Of a DNA stretch of 55,108 bases, positions 22,334-34,195 are shown in pieces (the first letter of the stretch is position 1; every line of letters begins with the position of its first letter). The stretch is from Bacteroidota bacterium (GTDB lineage: Bacteria; Pseudomonadota; Gammaproteobacteria; Acidiferrobacterales; Sulfurifustaceae), in the NCBI GenBank assembly GCA_050257795.1, contig JBLMXN010000074.1, positions 1 to 55,108 of the forward strand, read 5' to 3'. The notes beneath the pieces were generated by a model. The model had not been told where the DNA came from and made no database searches. It saw only the letters and a program-made list of their open reading frames with translations. The translations under genes were made by a program, and so were the position numbers.

Positions 22334-22843
22334 ATGAAGCCGAAAGTTCAGGCCCTGTTTGTATTGGGCATCCTGTGCATGCCGCTCGCCGGCAACGCTG
22401 CCGATACGAATCAGGCGCCGGCGACGAGTGAACCTGCCGCAGTACCAGCGCAGCCCGTGGTCCCGGCCGCCGGCCGGGTGACGCGCGCCCAATTCACCAG
22501 CGCGGTAAAAAACCTCGAGCCGCTCGACTCGCTCATGGCCTTGAGCAACGACAAAACCCGTGTTGCCTATTTCACCGAGATCCAGGACATGGCCGGGCAG
22601 ACGGTCATTCATCGGTGGGAATACAACGGCAAAGTGATGGCGGAAGTCCCATTCAAGGTGGGGGCGGCGCGCTGGCGGGTTTACTCCAGCAAGACCCTCG
22701 ATCCGTCCTGGGTCGGCGAATGGAAGGCGTCGGTGGTCGACAGCACCGGCAGCAGTCTGAGCGTGAACACCTTCACCTATACGAAGGCATCTGAGTCCAA
22801 TTCCCCGCCGGCTGCTTCGACGTCGTCAACACCTGCGCAGTGA
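22334..22843 (+). CDS. Exported DUF2914-like protein
   Basis: Signal peptide, VTRAQFT..V..LEP, YFTE, HRW, RWRVYSSK and W.GEW. Confidence 0.8.
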   Translation: MKPKVQALFVLGILCMPLAGNAADTNQAPATSEPAAVPAQPVVPAAGRVTRAQFTSAVKNLEPLDSLMALSNDKTRVAYFTEIQDMAGQTVIHRWEYNGKVMAEVPFKVGAARWRVYSSKTLDPSWVGEWKASVVDSTGSSLSVNTFTYTKASESNSPPAASTSSTPAQ

Positions 22844-22857
22844 CCCGTCACCGGCGG

Positions 22858-24732
22858 CTAGGCGCGCCGGCGACGCAGGTGGATCAACAGCAGTGAGATC
22901 GCGGCGGGCGTCACGCCCGAGAGCCGGGCGGCCTGACCCAGAGTGGCGGGACGGTGCGTCAGGAGCTTCTGCCGCACCTCGATCGAAAGCCCGCGCACGT
23001 TGTGATAATCGAAGTCCTGCGGCAGCGCCGTCTCTTCGTGATGCCGGTGCAGCGCGATCTCTTCCGACTGGCGTTCGATGTAACCGGCGTATTTGGCCTG
23101 TATTTCCAGTTGCTGCGCGGTCTCGTCATCCTTGACGGCCTCGCCCGCGCCGGGCAGAGACATCAGTGTAGCGTAGGAAACCTCGGGACGCCGCAACAGC
23201 TCCATGAGATTGGCCTCGCGCGCGAGTGGCTGGCCGATGACGCGCGCGGCGACTTCATCCGGTAGCGCACCGGGACGGAGCCAGGTTTTTTTCAGGCGCT
23301 CCTGCTCGCGTGCGATCGCCTCGCGTTTCGCGTTGAAACGCCGCCAGCGCGCCTCCTGCACCAAGCCGAGGCTACGGCCGGTTTCAGTCAGACGCAGATC
23401 GGCGTTGTCCTCGCGCAACGTGAGCCGGTACTCGGCGCGTGAAGTGAACATGCGATACGGTTCGGTCACACCGCGCGTGATCAGATCGTCGATCATCACG
23501 CCGAGATAGGCCTGATCGCGCCGCGGCCACCATGAATCTTTCTCCCGCGCCCGAAGCGCGGCGTTAATGCCGGCGACCAGACCCTGCGCCGCGGCCTCTT
23601 CGTATCCGGTCGTGCCGTTGATCTGGCCGGCGAAGAACAAACCTTCGATGACTTTGGTTTCAAGCGTGGGCTTCAGGTCGCGCGGATCGAAATAATCGTA
23701 CTCGATGGCGTAGCCCGGACGCGTCAGCACGGCATTCTCGAACCCCTTGATCGAACGCACCAAGTTCCATTGCACGTCGAACGGCAGGCTGGTGGAAATC
23801 CCGTTGGGATAGACTTCGTGCGTGTTGAGTCCCTCGGGCTCGACGAAGATCTGGTGCCGGTCCTTGTCGGCGAAGCGCATGATCTTGTCCTCGACCGACG
23901 GACAATAACGCGGACCCACGCCCTCGATGACGCCCGTGTACATCGGTGAGCGGTCGAGTCCGCCGCGGATGATCTCGTGGGTGCGTGCATTCGTGTAGGT
24001 GATGTGGCACGCGACCTGGCGCGGGTGTTCGTCGCGCGAGCCCATGAAGGAAAACACCGGTGTCGGCACGTCGCCCGGCTGCGCTTCAAGCATGGAATAA
24101 TCGATGCTGCGCCCGTCGAGGCGCGGCGGCGTGCCGGTCTTCAGGCGCCCGACGCGCAACGGCAACTCGCGCAAGCGCGCGGCGAGCGCGTTTGCCGGCG
24201 GATCGCCGGCGCGGCCGCCCTGGTAATTCGAAAGCCCGATATGGATGCGTCCGCCGAGAAAGGTGCCGGTCGCCAGCACCACCGTGCGGGCGCGAAACTT
24301 CACACCCATCGCGGTCACGACCCCGACGACCCGCTCGCCGTCGACGATCAGATCCTCGACCGCCTGCTGGAACAATGTGAGGTTTTCCTGGTTCTCCAGC
24401 ATGCCGCGGACCGCGGCCTTGTACAGCTGGCGGTCGGCTTGGGCGCGGGTGGCGCGCACCGCCGGGCCTTTGCGCGCGTTGAGAATGCGGAACTGGATGC
24501 CGGCATGGTCGGCGGCGACTGCCATGACGCCGCCGAGGGCGTCGATTTCCTTCACCAGGTGCCCCTTGCCGATGCCACCGATGGCGGGATTGCACGACAT
24601 CTGCCCGATGGTTTCGATGTTCTGGGTCAGCAGCAGGGTCTTGGCGCCCATGCGCGCGGCCGCGTGCGCGGCTTCGGTGCCGGCATGGCCACCGCCGATG
24701 ACGATAACATCGTAATGTTCCGGATGCAGCAT
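22858..24732 (-). CDS. mnmG: tRNA U34 carboxymethylaminomethyl modification enzyme GidA
   Basis: [26 protein letters not shown] and [16 protein letters not shown]. Confidence 0.99.
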   Translation of the reverse strand: MLHPEHYDVIVIGGGHAGTEAAHAAARMGAKTLLLTQNIETIGQMSCNPAIGGIGKGHLVKEIDALGGVMAVAADHAGIQFRILNARKGPAVRATRAQADRQLYKAAVRGMLENQENLTLFQQAVEDLIVDGERVVGVVTAMGVKFRARTVVLATGTFLGGRIHIGLSNYQGGRAGDPPANALAARLRELPLRVGRLKTGTPPRLDGRSIDYSMLEAQPGDVPTPVFSFMGSRDEHPRQVACHITYTNARTHEIIRGGLDRSPMYTGVIEGVGPRYCPSVEDKIMRFADKDRHQIFVEPEGLNTHEVYPNGISTSLPFDVQWNLVRSIKGFENAVLTRPGYAIEYDYFDPRDLKPTLETKVIEGLFFAGQINGTTGYEEAAAQGLVAGINAALRAREKDSWWPRRDQAYLGVMIDDLITRGVTEPYRMFTSRAEYRLTLREDNADLRLTETGRSLGLVQEARWRRFNAKREAIAREQERLKKTWLRPGALPDEVAARVIGQPLAREANLMELLRRPEVSYATLMSLPGAGEAVKDDETAQQLEIQAKYAGYIERQSEEIALHRHHEETALPQDFDYHNVRGLSIEVRQKLLTHRPATLGQAARLSGVTPAAISLLLIHLRRRRA

Positions 24733-24875
24733 GTAACTCGCTGGACAGGTTGGGCAAAATTTGGGCAGGTGATCATAAGCCAGAGCCAGGCGAATTTCAC
24801 CTTCCCGCCGCTCTCGGCTATAACATTAAGAGACGCTTTGCACCGGTTTCCCGAAACCTCCGGTCTTAAACCAAC

Positions 24876-25811
24876 ATGCCGCTTGCTCCGGAAAAACCCT
24901 CTCCCCCGGCCCATATTCTGGACGCCGTCATCAACCGCATCGGTCAGATCGTGCTCGGCAAGGAACGCCAGGCGCGCCTGGCGCTCGCCTGCCTGCTCGC
25001 GCGCGGTCACCTGCTGATCGAGGACCTGCCGGGGGTGGGCAAGACTACCCTGGCGCACGTGCTGGCCCGGGTGCTGGGACTGCAATTCCAGCGCGTCCAG
25101 TTCACCAGCGATCTGCTGCCGGCGGATATTCTGGGCGTTTCCATTTATCAGCCGGACGCCAAGGCGTTCGTGTTTCATCCAGGACCGCTGTTCGCCCAGC
25201 TGGTGCTGGCCGACGAGATCAATCGCGCGACCCCCAAGACCCAGAGCGCGCTGCTCGAGGCCATGGAAGAGCACCAAGTCACGGCCGACGGCGTGACGCA
25301 TAAACTGCCCGAGCCGTTCTTCGTCATCGCGACGCAGAACCCGCATCATCTTATCGGCACCTTCCCGTTGCCGGAGTCGCAACTGGATCGTTTTCTCATG
25401 CGCATCGAGATGGGTTACCCGGACCGCGCGGCGGAGCGCGCCCTGCTCAAGGGTCGCGACCGGCGCGAGTTGCTCGAGTCGCTCGCGCCGGTGATCAGCG
25501 CCGACAAGCTTTCCAGCCTCCAGCAACTGGCCGCGCGCGTGCACGTCGCCGAGCCGTTGCTCGATTACGTGCAGAACCTGCTCGAGGCCACGCGCCACAC
25601 CGGTGATTTCGCTGAAGGCCTGTCGCCGCGCGCCGGGCTGGCGTTGTTGGCCGCCGCGCGCGCCTGGGCGCTGCTGGCTTCGCGCGACATGGTGCTGCCG
25701 GAGGACGTGCAGGCGATCGCGCCGTCGGTGATCGGCCATCGCCTGCGCCCGGCAAACGGCGGGCGGGCGCTTCCGGTCGCGCGCTTGCTCGAATCGGTGC
25801 CGATTCCCTGA
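24876..25811 (+). CDS. MoxR family AAA+ ATPase
   Basis: EDLPGVGKT, FTSDLLPADI, LADEINRA, ATQNP and LPESQLDRF. Confidence 0.95.
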   Translation: MPLAPEKPSPPAHILDAVINRIGQIVLGKERQARLALACLLARGHLLIEDLPGVGKTTLAHVLARVLGLQFQRVQFTSDLLPADILGVSIYQPDAKAFVFHPGPLFAQLVLADEINRATPKTQSALLEAMEEHQVTADGVTHKLPEPFFVIATQNPHHLIGTFPLPESQLDRFLMRIEMGYPDRAAERALLKGRDRRELLESLAPVISADKLSSLQQLAARVHVAEPLLDYVQNLLEATRHTGDFAEGLSPRAGLALLAAARAWALLASRDMVLPEDVQAIAPSVIGHRLRPANGGRALPVARLLESVPIP

Positions 25812-26725
25812 TGTCCACCGCTCGTGCGCCCGCGGAAATCGTTTTGGGGCGCCGACAGCTGTTCATGCTGCCGACCCGGTACGGGCTGCTGTTCGCGGTT
25901 CTGCTGGCGGTGCAATTGCTGGCCGCGATCAATTACGGCAACGGCCTGGCGTACGCGCTCACGTTTCTCCTCGGCTCGGCGGCGGTGGTGTCGATGCTCT
26001 ACACTCATCGCAATCTCCTGCAGCTGCGCCTGTCCGCCAGTCGCGAAGCGCCGGTGTTCGCCGGCCAGGTCGCGACCTTCCGGATTCACTTGGCCAACAA
26101 CGACGCCGTGCCGCGCTTCGGCGTTTCGGTCGTCTGCGATATAAAAGAAATAGCCTGCATCGATGTCCCGGCACGCGGTTCCGCAGAGGTCGAGCTGCCC
26201 GTGCCCGCCGCCAAACGCGGCTGGCTCGCGGCGCCGCCCATTTCGATTTCGACCCGCTTCCCGCTGGGGTTGCTGTATTCCTGGTCGCGACGCGTGGCGC
26301 TCGGCCAAACCTGCCTGGTCTATCCGCACCCGGCGGACCCGATGCCGTTTCGCGCGAGTCCACCGGAAGACTACGAAGCGACACCGGGATTGCACGCCGG
26401 CGACGACTTCATTGGAGTGCGCGAATTCCGCCCCGGCGACTCGCCGCGTCACGTCGCCTGGAAGGCGGTGGCGCGCGGCGAAGCCTGGCACACCAAGCAA
26501 TTCGGCGGTGGCTATCGGGCCACCGTGTGGTTCGACTGGGACACGCTCGCCGGATTTGACATCGAGACACGACTTTCCGTGCTGACTCGCTGGGTGCTCG
26601 AAGCGCAGCGCCTTGGAATGCTTTACGGCCTGCGACTGCCGGAAAAGACATTGCCACCTGACTGCGGAGACGTGCATCAACATGAGTGTCTCAAGGCACT
26701 TGCGATTTTTGGGCTTGAACCGTGA
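25811..26725 (+). CDS. DUF58 domain protein (MoxR partner)
   Basis: PTRYG, AINY, RG..FPLGL, VYP and GVREFRPGDSPRHVAWK. Confidence 0.9.
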   Translation: MSTARAPAEIVLGRRQLFMLPTRYGLLFAVLLAVQLLAAINYGNGLAYALTFLLGSAAVVSMLYTHRNLLQLRLSASREAPVFAGQVATFRIHLANNDAVPRFGVSVVCDIKEIACIDVPARGSAEVELPVPAAKRGWLAAPPISISTRFPLGLLYSWSRRVALGQTCLVYPHPADPMPFRASPPEDYEATPGLHAGDDFIGVREFRPGDSPRHVAWKAVARGEAWHTKQFGGGYRATVWFDWDTLAGFDIETRLSVLTRWVLEAQRLGMLYGLRLPEKTLPPDCGDVHQHECLKALAIFGLEP

Positions 26726-28704
26726 ACGCCATCCCCGTCGACCGACGCGTGCTGCACAGCCTGCTGGTGGCAGGCGTGGTGGCGGTAGCACCGCACGCGC
26801 TTGAGCTGCCGCCGTGGGTTATCGCAGTGTTTATGGTGGGTGCGGCCTGGCGCTACCTGTGCGAGCGCCGCGCGTGGCCGCGCCCGGGCCGCCTGCTGCG
26901 CACCGCCATCACGCTGTTGATCCTGGTCGCGGTGTTCCGGCAATACCACACCCTGCTCGGGCGCGATCCCGGCATGGCGCTGCTGGTCACGCTGCTCGGT
27001 CTGAAGTTCCTCGAAATCAAAAGCGCGCGCGATTACATCGTCAGCCTGTTCCTGTTTTATCTCGTGATCCTGGGGAGCTTTCTCTATTCGCAGGCGTTGT
27101 GGCTCGGTGCCTGGGCGCTGCTGGCGGTTACGGTCGGCACCGCGGCACTGATTCACCTGATTCAGCCGACGGGACTGGCCATCCCGCAGCGTCTGCGTCT
27201 GTCCGGCGTCATGCTGGTCAAGGCGCTGCCGCTCATGGTCATCGTGTACCTGCTGTTCCCGCGCATCAGCGGCACGCTCTGGGGTCTGCCGGCCGACGCC
27301 TACAGCGGGTTGACCGGCATGCCGGACGCGATCCAGCCGGGCAGCATCCGCAGTCTGAGCCAATCTTCCGAGATTGCTTTCCGCGCGACATTCGACGGCG
27401 TGCTTCCGCCCATGCGCGATTTGTACTGGCGCGGCCTGGTGCTGGAGCAAACGGATGGACGCGGCTGGAACCGGATTCCGGCATCCACCACCGGAGAAAT
27501 TCCGTTTGAGCCGCATGGCGAACCGCAGCGCTACCAGGTGACGCTCGAACCCAGCAATAAACCCTGGATGCCGGTGCTGGGCCTGCCGACCGGCGCACCG
27601 AAGGGCGCCAGACTGAAATCCGACTTCACCCTGGTACACAACGAACCGATCCGGGAACGGCTCAGCTACGCGCTGACGTCCTATCTCCGGTACCGCACCG
27701 GCTCGCTCGACGCCGCAGAACGGGCGCGCGATCTGCAGCTGCCATCGCGACTGAGCCGACGGGTGCGGGCGCTGGCCGAACAATGGAGTCGCCAGGGTCA
27801 CGGTCCGTTTCAAGTGGCACAAGCGGCGCTCGACTATTTTCGCCGGGAAAATTTCGTGTACACGCTCAACCCGCCGTTGCTCGGCGACGACCCGATGGAT
27901 CAATTTCTGTTCGACACGCGTCGCGGCTTTTGCGAACACTACGCCTCGGCCTTCGTCACGCTCATGCGCGCCGCCGGTGTGCCGAGCCGTGTGGTCGTGG
28001 GTTATCTCGGAGGCGAGATCAATGCCGCCGGCAATTATCTCATCGTGCGTCAATCCGACGCGCACGCGTGGGCGGAAATCTGGGTGCCCGAGCGCGGCTG
28101 GGTGCGCATGGACCCGACCGCGGCGGTCGCCCCGGAGCGCGTGGAACTGGGCATCGACGCCGTGCGCCGTCTGGAGGAACAGGGGGTTGCGCTCGGGAGC
28201 CTGCCGACCGACGCGGTGCTGCGCGCGTTGCAATTGGACTGGCTTGAACGCGCGGTGCGCCAGGCACGCTGGTATTGGGATTTCACCAATCTCACGTGGT
28301 ATCGCTGGGTGGTGGATTACGGCAAGGAACGCCAGGAGCGGTTCCTCGCGTCACTCGGACTGGTGGATATTTCCTGGAACCGCATGCTCGGTCTGACGTT
28401 CGGCGGCGTGTTGCTGGTTACCCTGCTCTACGCGTTGCCGCTCCGGCGACCGGGAAAATCCATTGACCCGGCACAGGCTGCTTATCTCCACTTCTGTCGC
28501 AAGCTCGCGCGTGCGGGTCTTGAGCGCGCGCCCTGCGAAGGTTCACATGCGTTTGCTGAACGCGTGGCGCGCAAGCGCGCAGACCTGGCGGCCCCGGTTT
28601 CTGAAATCACCGATCTTTATGAAAACCTGCGCTACGGCCGCGCGACCCCTGATCGCGGGAAATTCACCGCGCTGAGAAAACGCATCGCGGCATTCCGCCT
28701 CTGA
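26722..28704 (+). CDS. Membrane transglutaminase-like protein (TgpA/DUF3488 type)
   Basis: N-terminal TM domain (LKFLE, LFPR), LYWRG, and catalytic GFCEHYA / HAW / DPT. Confidence 0.92.
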   Translation: MNAIPVDRRVLHSLLVAGVVAVAPHALELPPWVIAVFMVGAAWRYLCERRAWPRPGRLLRTAITLLILVAVFRQYHTLLGRDPGMALLVTLLGLKFLEIKSARDYIVSLFLFYLVILGSFLYSQALWLGAWALLAVTVGTAALIHLIQPTGLAIPQRLRLSGVMLVKALPLMVIVYLLFPRISGTLWGLPADAYSGLTGMPDAIQPGSIRSLSQSSEIAFRATFDGVLPPMRDLYWRGLVLEQTDGRGWNRIPASTTGEIPFEPHGEPQRYQVTLEPSNKPWMPVLGLPTGAPKGARLKSDFTLVHNEPIRERLSYALTSYLRYRTGSLDAAERARDLQLPSRLSRRVRALAEQWSRQGHGPFQVAQAALDYFRRENFVYTLNPPLLGDDPMDQFLFDTRRGFCEHYASAFVTLMRAAGVPSRVVVGYLGGEINAAGNYLIVRQSDAHAWAEIWVPERGWVRMDPTAAVAPERVELGIDAVRRLEEQGVALGSLPTDAVLRALQLDWLERAVRQARWYWDFTNLTWYRWVVDYGKERQERFLASLGLVDISWNRMLGLTFGGVLLVTLLYALPLRRPGKSIDPAQAAYLHFCRKLARAGLERAPCEGSHAFAERVARKRADLAAPVSEITDLYENLRYGRATPDRGKFTALRKRIAAFRL

Positions 28705-30072
28705 CTATTTTCCGATACAAAAACTGGAAAATATCCGCCCCAGCAAATCCTCCGGCGTGAGCTCGCCGGTGATCTCCGACAGCGCCCGTTGCGCGAGCCG
28801 CAGTTCTTCGGCCAGCAACTCGCCGGCGAGCGTTTCCTTGAGCTGCGCCCTGCCGCGTGCGATGTGGTCCTGCGCGCGGCGGATGGCATCGAGGTGCCGG
28901 CGGCGCGCCATGAAAGTGCCCTCGCCTGCCGGCTGGAATCCCATGCACGTCTTCAGATACTGGCGCAGATCATCGAGTCCGGCGCCGGTTTTGACAGACA
29001 AGGCGATCTCGACGGCGCCCGCGGAATTCGTGGTACCGGCCGCACGGCCGGTGAGATCGATCTTGTTGCGAATCACGGTGCGCGGCAGCGCGGGTGGAAC
29101 ATGTTTCAGAACCTCCAATGTCGCCTCGGCGCCGGCGGCATCATCCAGCACCAGCAGCACGCGGTCGGCACGCTCCATCTGTTCGCGTGCGCGGCGTATG
29201 CCCTCGGTTTCGATTTCGTCGCGCGACTCGCGCAGGCCGGCGGTGTCGACCACGTGTAACGGCATGCCATCGAGATGAATCCGTTCACGCAACACGTCGC
29301 GTGTGGTGCCGGGGATGGCGCTGACGATGGCGGTATTGCGCGCGGCCAATGCATTCAATAGGCTCGACTTGCCGGCGTTCGGCGGGCCGGCCAGCACCAC
29401 GGTCATGCCGTCGTGCAGCAGCACGCCTTGCTGCGTCGCGGCGAGCAGCGCGGCGATCTCCCGCGTCAGCCCGTCGAGCTCCTGCAGCACGCGCTCATCG
29501 GCGAGAAAATCGATCTCCTCTTCCGGAAAATCGATCGCCGCCTCGACGTACATGCGCAGCCGCGTGAGCGCCTCCACCAGCGCATGCACGCGTCCGGAAA
29601 ATTCGCCTTCAAGGGATCGTAACGCCGAGCGCGCCGCCGATGCCGATCCGGCCTCGATGAGGTCGGCGACCGCTTCCGCCTGGGCCAGGTCCAGCTTGCC
29701 GTTCAGAAACGCGCGTTCGGAAAATTCACCCGGGCGCGCCAAGCGGGCGCCGAGTTCGAGTGCGCGCGCGAGCACCATGTCGAGCACCACCGGTCCGCCA
29801 TGGCCGTGCAGTTCGAGCACGTCTTCGCCGGTGAATGAATGCGGCGCGGGGAAAAACAGCGCCAGTCCCTGATCGATGGGTTGTCCGGCCGCGTCGAGGA
29901 ACCGCGCGAAAGTCGCGTGACGCGGGCGCGGGAGATGACCGAGCATGGCCTCGGCGATGCGGCGCGCCGCCGGGCCGGAGACGCGCGCGATGCCGATGCC
30001 GCCGCGTCCGGGCGGCGTCGCGATGGCGGCGATGGTGTGCGCGCTACGTGCCTGGTTATCGGCGGGGATCAC
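28705..30072 (-). CDS. mnmE: tRNA modification GTPase MnmE (TrmE)
   Basis: [30 protein letters not shown] and NKID; C-terminus FCIGK. Confidence 0.99.
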   Translation of the reverse strand: MIPADNQARSAHTIAAIATPPGRGGIGIARVSGPAARRIAEAMLGHLPRPRHATFARFLDAAGQPIDQGLALFFPAPHSFTGEDVLELHGHGGPVVLDMVLARALELGARLARPGEFSERAFLNGKLDLAQAEAVADLIEAGSASAARSALRSLEGEFSGRVHALVEALTRLRMYVEAAIDFPEEEIDFLADERVLQELDGLTREIAALLAATQQGVLLHDGMTVVLAGPPNAGKSSLLNALAARNTAIVSAIPGTTRDVLRERIHLDGMPLHVVDTAGLRESRDEIETEGIRRAREQMERADRVLLVLDDAAGAEATLEVLKHVPPALPRTVIRNKIDLTGRAAGTTNSAGAVEIALSVKTGAGLDDLRQYLKTCMGFQPAGEGTFMARRRHLDAIRRAQDHIARGRAQLKETLAGELLAEELRLAQRALSEITGELTPEDLLGRIFSSFCIGK

Positions 30073-30091
30073 GGCGAGCGTGATGCGGCGG

Positions 30092-31741
30092 TTACTTCTT
30101 GCCCTCGATCACGCGGGTGATCCGCCATTGCTGGGCGATCGACAGGATGTTGTTCACTGTCCAATACAGCACCAGGCCCGCGGGGAAAAACAGGAACATC
30201 GCGGTGAACACCACCGGCATCACCATGAATACTTTCTGCTGCACCGGATCGACCGGCTGCGGGTTCAGCTTCTGCTGCAAGAACATAGACAGGCCCATGA
30301 CGAGCGGCAGCACATAGTGCGGGTCCTGCGCCGACAGGTCCTTGATCCACAGTATCCACGGCGCCTGGCGCATCTCGACGCTTTCGAGCAACACCCAGTA
30401 GAGTGCGAGGAACACCGGAATCTGGACCAGGATCGGGAGGCAGCCGCCGAGCGGATTGATCTTCTCGGTCTTGTACAGTTCCATCATCGCCTGGTTGAGC
30501 TTCTGACGGTCGTCGCCAATGCGTTCCTTGAGCGCCTGCATCTTCGGCTGCAGCTTGCGCATCTGCGCCATGGATTTATAGCTGGTCGCGGACAACGGAT
30601 AAAACGCGGCCTTGATCAGAATCGTGAGCACAATGATGGCCCAGCCCCAGTTGCCGAGCAGTCCGTGGATCGCTGCGAGCAGCAAAAATAGCGGTTTCGA
30701 TATTACCGTGAGCCAACCGTAGTTAACCGTCAGATCCATTCCTTCCGGCAGAGTCTTCAGGATTTTGTGTTCCGTGGGGCCGGCGTAGAACCGCTCTTTG
30801 AGCACGCCGGTCTGACCTGGCGCCACCCTGGTGGGGTTGAGGTTCTTGAATCCCAGCACGTGATACTTGTCGTCGAGCACGCGGCTGTAGAACTCATTGC
30901 GCTGGTCCGGCGGCAATAACCACGAACTCACGAAATACTGCTCGAGCATGGCGACCCAGCCGCCGATTACGTCTTTTTTGAGCGGCTTCTTGGCCATCTC
31001 ATCGAGCGGGACCTTCTCGAATTTGTTGTCCGGGGTATAAATCGCACCGCCGGTGTAGCTCGGGGTGGCGCCGAAGAAACCGCGCTTGGCTACTGCATGC
31101 GTGCGCTGGAACTGGCCGTAGAAATAGCCGGCCCATTCCTGGTGGCTGGCGTTTTTCACGGTGAATTCCACGTCCACCACATAGCTGCCGCGATGAAACA
31201 CGTAGGTCTTGGTGTACTGCACACCGTCGGCGGCGCGCCAAGTCAGCGGCACGCGCAATTCGTCGTTACCAGCGGCGAGCTCGTACCGGTCTTTCTCGGC
31301 GGCGAAACGTACCTTGTGGGTCGGATATTTGTTCGGGTCGTCGGTGCCGATGAGCCCGGACTGCGCGATATAAAACTCGGGGCCCTTGTCCTGCATCAAC
31401 GAGAACGGCTCAGCGGGTTTATCAATGCTGACCGGATACTGCCGCAAATCCAGTTGGCGGATGTCTCCGCCCTCAGTATCGATTACGGCGTCAATAACGT
31501 CGGTGCTGACCCGAATGCGCATGCCGCGCGGCAGCGCTTCGGCAATCTTTGGAGCGATTGCCCGCTCCGCGCCTGGCTGCGGAGGGGCCGTGGGTACGCT
31601 GGGCGTACCGGGAGAGGATGGTGTGCTTGCAACAGGCGCCGTGCTGGTTGGTAGCGGCGCATTTTGTTGTTCCCAGGCCTGCCAGATCAGCATCAAGACC
31701 ATGGCGAGCGCAAAGAAAAGAAACAGGCGCTGATTATCCAT
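30092..31741 (-). CDS. yidC: Membrane protein insertase
   Basis: MDNQRL N-terminal anchor, [16 protein letters not shown] and GLVLYW; start trimmed to 31741. Confidence 0.98.
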   Translation of the reverse strand: MDNQRLFLFFALAMVLMLIWQAWEQQNAPLPTSTAPVASTPSSPGTPSVPTAPPQPGAERAIAPKIAEALPRGMRIRVSTDVIDAVIDTEGGDIRQLDLRQYPVSIDKPAEPFSLMQDKGPEFYIAQSGLIGTDDPNKYPTHKVRFAAEKDRYELAAGNDELRVPLTWRAADGVQYTKTYVFHRGSYVVDVEFTVKNASHQEWAGYFYGQFQRTHAVAKRGFFGATPSYTGGAIYTPDNKFEKVPLDEMAKKPLKKDVIGGWVAMLEQYFVSSWLLPPDQRNEFYSRVLDDKYHVLGFKNLNPTRVAPGQTGVLKERFYAGPTEHKILKTLPEGMDLTVNYGWLTVISKPLFLLLAAIHGLLGNWGWAIIVLTILIKAAFYPLSATSYKSMAQMRKLQPKMQALKERIGDDRQKLNQAMMELYKTEKINPLGGCLPILVQIPVFLALYWVLLESVEMRQAPWILWIKDLSAQDPHYVLPLVMGLSMFLQQKLNPQPVDPVQQKVFMVMPVVFTAMFLFFPAGLVLYWTVNNILSIAQQWRITRVIEGKK

Positions 31742-31970
31742 GCTTTGGCCCGGTGACTCGGGGTGGAACCGGATCGTAGCCGCCGGCATGCCAAGGATGG
31801 CAACGCAGAATCCGCCTCAGAGACAACCACGCGCCGCGAACGGCCCCGTGGCTCTCGATTGACTCGATCGCGTAGTGGGAACAGCTGGGGTGGAACCGGC
31901 AATGATTCCCCAGCCAGGGACTCAGCATATAGCGGTATCCACGAATTAGTGCGATCAGGATCTTCTGCAC
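31734..31970 (-). CDS. yidD: Membrane protein insertion efficiency factor
   Basis: [11 protein letters not shown] and [17 protein letters not shown]; GTG start. Confidence 0.95.
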   Translation of the reverse strand: MQKILIALIRGYRYMLSPWLGNHCRFHPSCSHYAIESIESHGAVRGAWLSLRRILRCHPWHAGGYDPVPPRVTGPKHG

Positions 31971-32320
31971 TGTTGTTCGACCATCTCCCACATCTGTTGC
32001 AATGAACCTCGCAGGCGTTCAGCACTAGCTTGGGCGGCCGTTGGATTCGCCACTACGACAATATCCAAACCGGACAGTTTTGTATGACTATGCCGAAACG
32101 ATTCACGTATATGACGCTTGACGCGATTCCGTATTACAGCCCGCGGCGAAACCCGGCGCGATATCACGATACCCAGACGCCCATACGAGTGTGGATTCGG
32201 AACCGCGTAAACCCTGAGAAGCTCGTCGCGCCAACGCTGCCCGCCCTTCTGGGTTGCTGTGTATTCAGTCGGTTTTAATAACCGATGTGACTTGGGCAGC
32301 CCATAACGGGCGCTGGTCAA
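31955..32320 (-). CDS. rnpA: RNase P protein component
   Basis: RLGIVISRR and AVIRNRVKR (RNR motif); lies between rpmH and yidD. Confidence 0.93.
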   Translation of the reverse strand: MTSARYGLPKSHRLLKPTEYTATQKGGQRWRDELLRVYAVPNPHSYGRLGIVISRRVSPRAVIRNRVKRHIRESFRHSHTKLSGLDIVVVANPTAAQASAERLRGSLQQMWEMVEQQCRRS

Positions 32321-32321
32321 A

Positions 32322-32456
32322 TTACACGCCCAGTCGGGCGCGACCCTTGGCGCGGCGCGTGGCCAGCACTCGGCGACCGCCTTTTGTTTTCATGCGGGCG
32401 CGGAATCCATGGGTGCGTTTGCGTTTGACTACGCTGGGTTGAAAAGTGCGTTTCAT
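32322..32456 (-). CDS. rpmH: 50S ribosomal protein L34 (absent from the ORF track, 44 aa)
   Basis: Hand translation: [44 protein letters not shown]. Confidence 0.98.
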   Translation of the reverse strand: MKRTFQPSVVKRKRTHGFRARMKTKGGRRVLATRRAKGRARLGV

Positions 32457-32505
32457 CGGGCTCTGTTTTCGTGGCTGCGGTGGTTGTTACTGCAAAAGGC
32501 CGGCA

Positions 32506-32535
32506 AACTTACTGCCTTCTATCAAGGTTTGTCAA
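32506..32535 (-). promoter_or_regulatory. Sigma70-type promoter of rpmH
   Basis: Minus strand TTGACA-18 bp-TAAGTT. Confidence 0.6.
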
Positions 32536-32582
32536 CAGATTATCGGTTTAACTCTCTGTATATTCTTAAGACGATTCATCCC

Positions 32583-32591
32583 TGTGGATAA
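32583..32591 (-). promoter_or_regulatory. Perfect DnaA box upstream of dnaA (autoregulation)
   Basis: TGTGGATAA is the reverse complement of TTATCCACA. Confidence 0.85.
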
Positions 32592-32646
32592 CTCCAGACG
32601 GAGCGGATAGACTTCCGCTCCCCTTTGTACAGTGTTGGATCCACGA

Positions 32647-33981
32647 ATGCAGTCACCCGTTTGGAACAAGTGTCTTGAGCGGCTTGAGGAGGAGCTGTCC
32701 GCGCAACAGTTCAACACCTGGTTACGACCTCTCCACGCGGTCCAGGATGCACAGACGCTGCGACTGCTTGCGCCAAATCGGTTTGTCATGGATTGGGTGC
32801 GCGACCGGTTTCTGTCGCGCATTGCCGAGCTGATCAACGAATACAGCGGTGGCGTCTTGAAGGTTCAGGTTGAAGTCGGCAGTCAGGTACGGCAGGGGGG
32901 TAAACCGTCAATGACCGCTGCGGCGATTGTTGAACCCATGATACCCAAGGCTCCGTCGATTGTCGGGCGACTCAATCCCGACCTGACGTTCGAGACGCAT
33001 GTTGAAGGAAAATCAAACCAGCTGGCGCGCGCGGCGGCTAAGCAGGTGGGTGAAAATCCCGGCGGCGCCTACAACCCGCTGTTTATTTATGGTGGGGTTG
33101 GTCTGGGAAAGACGCACCTAATGCAGGCGGCGGGCAATCTGATGCTGACACACAAGCCTGGGGCGAACATTGCCTATGTGCATTCGGAACGATTCGTGGC
33201 CGATATGGTGAAGGCACTGCAGCATAATGCGATTAATGAGTTTAAAAGAATCTATCGCAACCTAGATGCATTGCTGATCGATGATATTCAGTTTTTTGTC
33301 GGGAAAGAACGATCCCAGGAAGAGTTATTCCATACATTCAATGCGTTACATGAAGCTAAGCGACAGGTAATCATTACCGCTGACCGCTTCCCTAAAGAGT
33401 TGGTGGGTGTCGAAGAGCGTCTTATATCGCGTTTTGGGTCGGGTTTAATCGTTTCGATTGAGCCTCCGGAACTGGAGACGCGCGCTGCCATCTTGATCAA
33501 AAAAGCGAAACACGAAGGCGTGGATTTGTCAGATGAGGTGGCATTTTTTATCGCCAAGCGGGTCAGATCAAACGTCAGAGAACTCGAGGGGGCGCTGCGG
33601 CGTATCTTAGCTAGCGCTTACTTTACTGGACGTCAGGTTGATACCGCATTAGTCAGCGATAGCCTCAAGGATTTAATATCGTTCCAGGAACGCCTTGTCA
33701 CGATTAACAACATCCAAAAAACCGTCGCTGAATATTACAAAATTCGCATTGCCGATCTGCACTCGAAGAGTCGCTCACGTCAGGTTGCCAGACCCAGACA
33801 GGTGGCTATGGCATTGGCTAAGGAGCTGACGGATCATAGCCTGCCGGAAATTGGTGACGCTTTTGGTGGCCGGGATCATACGACCGTGCTGCACGCCTGC
33901 AGAAAAATCCTCGAGTTGAAAACCAAAGATTCGCGGATGGAGGAGGATTACAGCAACCTTATGCGAATCCTGTCTACTTGA
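32647..33981 (+). CDS. dnaA: Chromosomal replication initiator
   Basis: [41 protein letters not shown] and [11 protein letters not shown]. Start is the ATG at 32647 or the GTG at 32632. Confidence 0.99.
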   Translation: MQSPVWNKCLERLEEELSAQQFNTWLRPLHAVQDAQTLRLLAPNRFVMDWVRDRFLSRIAELINEYSGGVLKVQVEVGSQVRQGGKPSMTAAAIVEPMIPKAPSIVGRLNPDLTFETHVEGKSNQLARAAAKQVGENPGGAYNPLFIYGGVGLGKTHLMQAAGNLMLTHKPGANIAYVHSERFVADMVKALQHNAINEFKRIYRNLDALLIDDIQFFVGKERSQEELFHTFNALHEAKRQVIITADRFPKELVGVEERLISRFGSGLIVSIEPPELETRAAILIKKAKHEGVDLSDEVAFFIAKRVRSNVRELEGALRRILASAYFTGRQVDTALVSDSLKDLISFQERLVTINNIQKTVAEYYKIRIADLHSKSRSRQVARPRQVAMALAKELTDHSLPEIGDAFGGRDHTTVLHACRKILELKTKDSRMEEDYSNLMRILST

Positions 33982-34195
33982 ACAAAAGTGGCGCTTAAGC
34001 TGTGCATAAAGTTTGTAGAATCCAGTTGAGTCGGTATTATTCAGAAATCGATCGTCTTATTCACAGCAGCAGACACACGTTGCAAACAGGTTGCCTTCAG
34101 GAAAAATCGTTAACAAAAAAGCACCTATCGACCTTATTCACAAAAAACCGTATAGCTAATTACTACTACAAAAATACTCTTTAAGGTAAATACAG
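33982..34195. other. Probable oriC (DnaA boxes, DnaA-trio-like repeats, AT-rich)
   Basis: TGTGCATAA 34001-34009, TTATTCAGA 34037-34045, TTATTCACA 34057-34065 and 34134-34142, then CTAATTACTACTAC 34156-34169. Confidence 0.75.

Noticed and set aside
24733-24875. E. coli-type oriC upstream of mnmG (gidA)
   Set aside because: No DnaA boxes or GATC cluster; it looks like a divergent promoter region.
34002-34184. 60-aa ORF between dnaA and dnaN
   Set aside because: It overlaps the DnaA boxes and trios and has no RBS or coding signature.
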